DNA of 64,000 nucleotides from Escherichia coli (GTDB lineage Bacteria; Pseudomonadota; Gammaproteobacteria; Enterobacterales; Enterobacteriaceae): NCBI RefSeq assembly GCF_029227855.1, contig NZ_CP074356.1; one strand, 5' to 3'. Shown piece by piece: positions 59,982 to 64,000 of this stretch (position 1 is its first letter; each line of letters starts with the position of its first letter). The notes under the pieces were generated by a model. It saw only the letters and a program-made list of their open reading frames with translations, ran no database searches and was not told where the DNA came from. The position numbers and the translations under genes were made by a program.

Positions 59982-61775
59982 TTAACGCACCTGCACGGAG
60001 ATAAGCTCGCTACCGTCGTCGCCCAGCACGTGTGTTGAACAGGCGAGGCACGGGTCAAAGCTGTGCAGAGTACGAAGGATCTCCAGCGGTTGCTCTGGGA
60101 TCGCCATTTTGGTGTTCATCAGCGCCGCTTCATAAGCGCCAATCTGCCCTTTGGGATCGCGCGGGCTGGCGTTCCAGGTGGTCGGTACCACGCACTGGTA
60201 GAGATCAATCTTGCCATCGCGAATGGCAGCCCAGTGGCCTAACGCCCCGCGCGGCGCTTCGGTAAAACCGACACCACGGCACTCTGTCGGCCAGGTTGCA
60301 GGTTCCCATTTTTCAGTGGAGGCGGTGGCGAGATTGCCGTTTTTAAGATTGGTCATCAGCTTGTCGAAGAAATATTGCAACTTGCCTGCGGCCCACTGCG
60401 CTTCGTGCGCGCGACACAAAATGCGGCCTAACGTTGACTGGATGCCGGAAAGCGGCAGGTTCAACGCCGACATCATGCGATCGACCGACTCAACGGTCGC
60501 AGCATCGCCTTTGTGATAAGCGATTAACGTGCGTGCCAGCGGCCCCACTTCCATCGCATTACCGCGCCAGCGTGGCGCTTTGATCCACGAGTAGCGTTCC
60601 TGTTCATTCAGCTGCTGAATGTTGGTATCGCTGCCTTTGACATCGCCGGGGTTGTACCACGGGTCGGTAATGCCATCGAACGGATGACGCCCAACCTGAT
60701 CGTTGGGATAACGATACCAGGCATGGTCAATAAACTCCTGCACCTGCTGCGGATCAACTAAATCCACTGGCAGCACATTTTTGAAGTCGCCGTTAATCAC
60801 CGCGCCGCCAGGCATCAGCAGACTTTTCTCGCCAAAGTCGTTGGCAATATCCGGGAATGCGCCGTAGCTGAGGACACATTTATCAGAAAGACCCGTGCCG
60901 ATTTCGCTCCACGGTTTGTTGAACTGACCAATGGCTAAGGCGTCGGGGATCATCACGTTGTTAATGAAATCCGCCGTGCGGGTGATAATCGACTGCACCA
61001 GGTTCAGGCGTTCCATATTGACCGCCCCGACCGCGCCGCTTTCGTCAATGTTAATGGCGCAAGGCATCCCGCCGACAATCCAGTTTGGATGCGGGTTTTT
61101 ACCGCCAAAGACCGCGTGGATTTTGACAATTTCACGCTGGAAATCGAGAGCTTCGAGATAGTGGGCAAAGCCCATCAGGTTGGCTTCTGGCGGCAGTTTG
61201 TACTGCGGGTGCCCCCAGTAGCCATTGCGGAAGATCCCCAACTGCCCGCCTTCAACGAATTTCTTCAGGCGATTTTGTACGTCGAAGAAATAGCCAGGGG
61301 ATGATTTCGGCCATGAGGAGAGGCTTTGCGCCAGTTCGGAGGTTTTCCGCGGATCGGCTTTCAGCGCATCTAACACATCGATCCAGTCCATCCCGGCAAG
61401 CTGATAAAAGTGCACCAGATGGTCATGGCACCAGAGCGTCGCCAGCATAATGTTGCGGATGATATTAGCGTTGTCCGGCACTTTAATGCCGATAGCATCT
61501 TCGATGGCATAGACCGAAGCCAGAGCGTGTACGCCGGTACAGACGCCGCAGATACGTTCAACGAACGCCCACGCATCGCGCGGGTCACGCCCTTGCAGGA
61601 TGATCTCCAGCCCGCGAAACATGGTGCCGCAGGAGACGGCATTGGTGATCACATTCTGATCGTTAATATTCACTTCGCAGCGCATGTGGCCTTCAATGCG
61701 CGTAATCGGGTCGACCACCAGGCGGCGTCCGGCATTATTGATGGTGTATCCCTGAGTTTCGTACTGAGTGCTCAT
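59982..61775 (-). CDS. hyaB: [NiFe] hydrogenase-1 large subunit HyaB
   Basis: 597 aa; N-terminal [10 protein letters not shown] and C-terminal DPCLACSTH Ni-binding motifs. Confidence 0.95.
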   Translation of the reverse strand: MSTQYETQGYTINNAGRRLVVDPITRIEGHMRCEVNINDQNVITNAVSCGTMFRGLEIILQGRDPRDAWAFVERICGVCTGVHALASVYAIEDAIGIKVPDNANIIRNIMLATLWCHDHLVHFYQLAGMDWIDVLDALKADPRKTSELAQSLSSWPKSSPGYFFDVQNRLKKFVEGGQLGIFRNGYWGHPQYKLPPEANLMGFAHYLEALDFQREIVKIHAVFGGKNPHPNWIVGGMPCAINIDESGAVGAVNMERLNLVQSIITRTADFINNVMIPDALAIGQFNKPWSEIGTGLSDKCVLSYGAFPDIANDFGEKSLLMPGGAVINGDFKNVLPVDLVDPQQVQEFIDHAWYRYPNDQVGRHPFDGITDPWYNPGDVKGSDTNIQQLNEQERYSWIKAPRWRGNAMEVGPLARTLIAYHKGDAATVESVDRMMSALNLPLSGIQSTLGRILCRAHEAQWAAGKLQYFFDKLMTNLKNGNLATASTEKWEPATWPTECRGVGFTEAPRGALGHWAAIRDGKIDLYQCVVPTTWNASPRDPKGQIGAYEAALMNTKMAIPEQPLEILRTLHSFDPCLACSTHVLGDDGSELISVQVR

Positions 61776-62890
61776 GCCTGTTTATCCTCATTGCCTGGCT
61801 GATGTTCGGTCTCTGTAGGTTGCTGGTTATGACGTCTGCGCTGGTCAACGGCGCTGGCGACTGCGTGCACACCAACAGCCGCTGCCACCACGCCAAGCGC
61901 GGTTAAACCGACGGTGTCGGCGGTGGAATGAGTTCCCATTTGCGGAATATCGACCACGCGGCTGTAGAACGAACCGCGATCCCAGAAACCATTTTCCGCA
62001 CAGCCCAGGCAGCCGTGACCAGACTGGATTGGGAAAGAAACGCCATCATTCCAGCGTGTGGAGGAACAGGCGTTATAGGTGGTAGGTCCTTTGCAACCCA
62101 TTTTGTACAGGCAGTAACCTTTGCGGGCAGCGTCATCATCCCAACTCTGGACGAACTCTCCGGCGTCGAAGTGAGCGCGGCGATAACATTTATCGTGGAT
62201 ACGCTGACCATAAAACATCAGTGGACGGCCCATTCTGTCGACATCTGGCAAGCGATCAAAGGTCACCATGTAAGTAATGATGGCGCTCATCACATCCGGG
62301 ATCGGCGGGCAGCCAGGTACTTTGATAATAGGTTTGTCGGTGATGACTTTGTCGATAGGCGTTGCCTGCGTCGGATTGGGTCGCGCGGCCTGCACGCAGC
62401 CCCAGGACGCGCAGGTTCCCCAGGCGATAATCGCACTGGCTCCGGCAGCGGCACGTTTGAGTTTCTCAATAAACGGTCGTCCGCTGCTGATACAGAACAT
62501 CCCCTGCTCGCCCAGCGGCGGATTACCTTCTACTGCGAGGATATATTTGCCATTGTATTGCGTGATGATGTCTTCAAAGACTTCTTCCGCCTGGGTTCCG
62601 GCGGCAGCCATCAAAGTATCGTCATAATCGAGGGAAATCAGGGAAAGGATGACGTCCTTCGCCAGTGGGTGAGCGGAGCGGATAAAAGATTCGGTACAGC
62701 AGGTGCATTCCAGACCGTGGATCCATACCACCGGAATGCGCGGTTTGTTCTCCAGCGCCCAGGCAATCTTTGGTGCCATTCCCGCGCCTAATCCCAGCGA
62801 CGTGGCAGCCAGACTACAATATTTGAGAAAGCTGCGCCGGGTAACGCCCTGACGCCGCATGGCCTGGTAAAATGTTTCCTCGTTATTCAT
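61772..62890 (-). CDS. hyaA: [NiFe] hydrogenase-1 small subunit HyaA
   Basis: ORF 61772..62971; start [25 protein letters not shown] (Tat signal), 372 aa. Confidence 0.93.
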   Translation of the reverse strand: MNNEETFYQAMRRQGVTRRSFLKYCSLAATSLGLGAGMAPKIAWALENKPRIPVVWIHGLECTCCTESFIRSAHPLAKDVILSLISLDYDDTLMAAAGTQAEEVFEDIITQYNGKYILAVEGNPPLGEQGMFCISSGRPFIEKLKRAAAGASAIIAWGTCASWGCVQAARPNPTQATPIDKVITDKPIIKVPGCPPIPDVMSAIITYMVTFDRLPDVDRMGRPLMFYGQRIHDKCYRRAHFDAGEFVQSWDDDAARKGYCLYKMGCKGPTTYNACSSTRWNDGVSFPIQSGHGCLGCAENGFWDRGSFYSRVVDIPQMGTHSTADTVGLTALGVVAAAVGVHAVASAVDQRRRHNQQPTETEHQPGNEDKQA

Positions 62891-63316
62891 ATCGCACGTC
62901 TCTTCTCCTTGCGACACCGGCAGGACACCGGGCGCACATGGTCGGCAAGCGACGTCCCTGTAGCAAGGCAAACCATCGCTTCACGTGAGATGCTGAAAAC
63001 GAAAGCTCATCCTTCTGCACTGGCGCACGTCGCCAGAAAGTAATGTTAATAAAGCGTAGTGAAACTTTTGCACAAAACAATACAATCTGTGTGGATTTAT
63101 CTTTTAGCGATAAAAATGGACCTATTTTTCTTTTTGCCGGGCGGTGGGGATGTTTAGCCAGTTGCTAAACGAGTAAAAGAGAAGGAATTCATGGTGATGA
63201 AATGATCAATCTGCTGTTATTTCACGCTATCAATGCACTTTTGGCTGTTTTTCAGGCAAACAAACAAATTAGGGGTTTACACGCCGCATCGGGATGTTTA
63301 TAGTGCGCGTCATTCC

Positions 63317-63404
63317 GGAAGTGTGGCCGAGCGGTTGAAGGCACCGGTCTTGAAAACCGGCGACCCGAAAGGGTTCCAGAGTTCGAATCTCTGCGCTTCC
63401 GCCA
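63317..63404 (+). tRNA. serT: tRNA-Ser (anticodon UGA)
   Basis: GGAAGTGTGGCCGAGCGGTTGAAGGCACCGGTCTTGAAAACCGGCGACCCGAAAGGGTTCCAGAGTTCGAATCTCTGCGCTTCCGCCA. Confidence 0.93.
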
Positions 63405-63408
63405 AATA

Positions 63409-63448
63409 AGATAAGGGGTTAGCTAAATGCTAACCCCTTTTTCTTTTG
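63409..63448 (+). terminator. Intrinsic terminator after serT
   Basis: aaggggttagctaaatgctaacccctttttctttt. Confidence 0.8.
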
Positions 63449-63610
63449 CCTGTCGAAATTCTCAGGGCGTTATATTTGCTTAATGACCTGATAATCCGCT
63501 GTTAAACCTGTTCCAGATCAAATGCGTAAAGATGGGTAAAACTTCTGGGTGCCCTTACGCATTATCATTATGCTGCTTAATTAATTACATCTGTCATAGA
63601 GAGTGACTCA

Positions 63611-64000
63611 ATGGATCGTATTGTTAGTTCTTCACATGACCGTACATCGCTGCTTAGCACCCATAAGGTGCTGCGTAATACCTATTTTCTGCTGAGCCTG
63701 ACGCTGGCCTTTTCTGCGATTACCGCAACTGCCAGTACGGTGCTGATGCTGCCATCTCCGGGTCTGATTCTGACGCTGGTGGGTATGTATGGTTTGATGT
63801 TCCTGACCTATAAAACGGCGAATAAGCCGACCGGGATTATCTCCGCATTCGCCTTTACCGGTTTTCTGGGTTATATCCTCGGACCAATTCTGAATACCTA
63901 TCTGTCTGCCGGAATGGGTGACGTAATCGCTATGGCACTGGGCGGAACGGCGTTAGTGTTCTTCTGCTGCTCTGCATATGTGCTGACCACCCGCAAAGAT
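63611..64000 (+). CDS. yccA: FtsH modulator YccA (BAX-inhibitor family), N-terminal part; continues beyond window
   Basis: ATG at 63611; [34 protein letters not shown]...; open to window end. Confidence 0.88.
   Translation, partial: MDRIVSSSHDRTSLLSTHKVLRNTYFLLSLTLAFSAITATASTVLMLPSPGLILTLVGMYGLMFLTYKTANKPTGIISAFAFTGFLGYILGPILNTYLSAGMGDVIAMALGGTALVFFCCSAYVLTTRKD

Noticed and set aside
61928-62791. 287-aa ORF on the + strand
   Set aside because: Antisense to hyaA (Tat signal and Fe-S cysteine ligands identify the real gene); low-complexity translation.

Overview
This window reads as Escherichia coli core chromosome, in the reverse orientation of the K-12 map, running from clsC/ymdB through the curli locus (csgBAC / csgDEFG), ycdZYX-ghrA, tRNA-Ser serX, dgcT(ycdT), pgaABCD, phoH, efeUOB, putP/putA, rutR/rutABCDEFG, ymdF, wrbA-yccJ, agp, yccE, cbpAM, torCAD/torR/torT/torS, yccM, gnsA-ymcE-cspG/cspH, appCBXA, hyaABCDEF, tRNA-Ser serT and the start of yccA. 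All gene names are assigned by recognising the translated ORFs and their order from memory; no database search was run. The strain is not K-12-like in three places: an IS200-type element sits between csgA and csgC, efeU is intact, and the IS3/ymdE/ycdU segment between serX and ycdT is absent. I found no CRISPR array, prophage or large novel island. The most interesting observation is that the AT-rich orphan gene yccE carries OTU-type cysteine-protease (deubiquitinase-like) catalytic motifs. Other items worth a second look are a possible one-base frameshift in phoH, a Cys-rich small ORF downstream of cspG, and a GC-rich palindromic element between efeU and putP.
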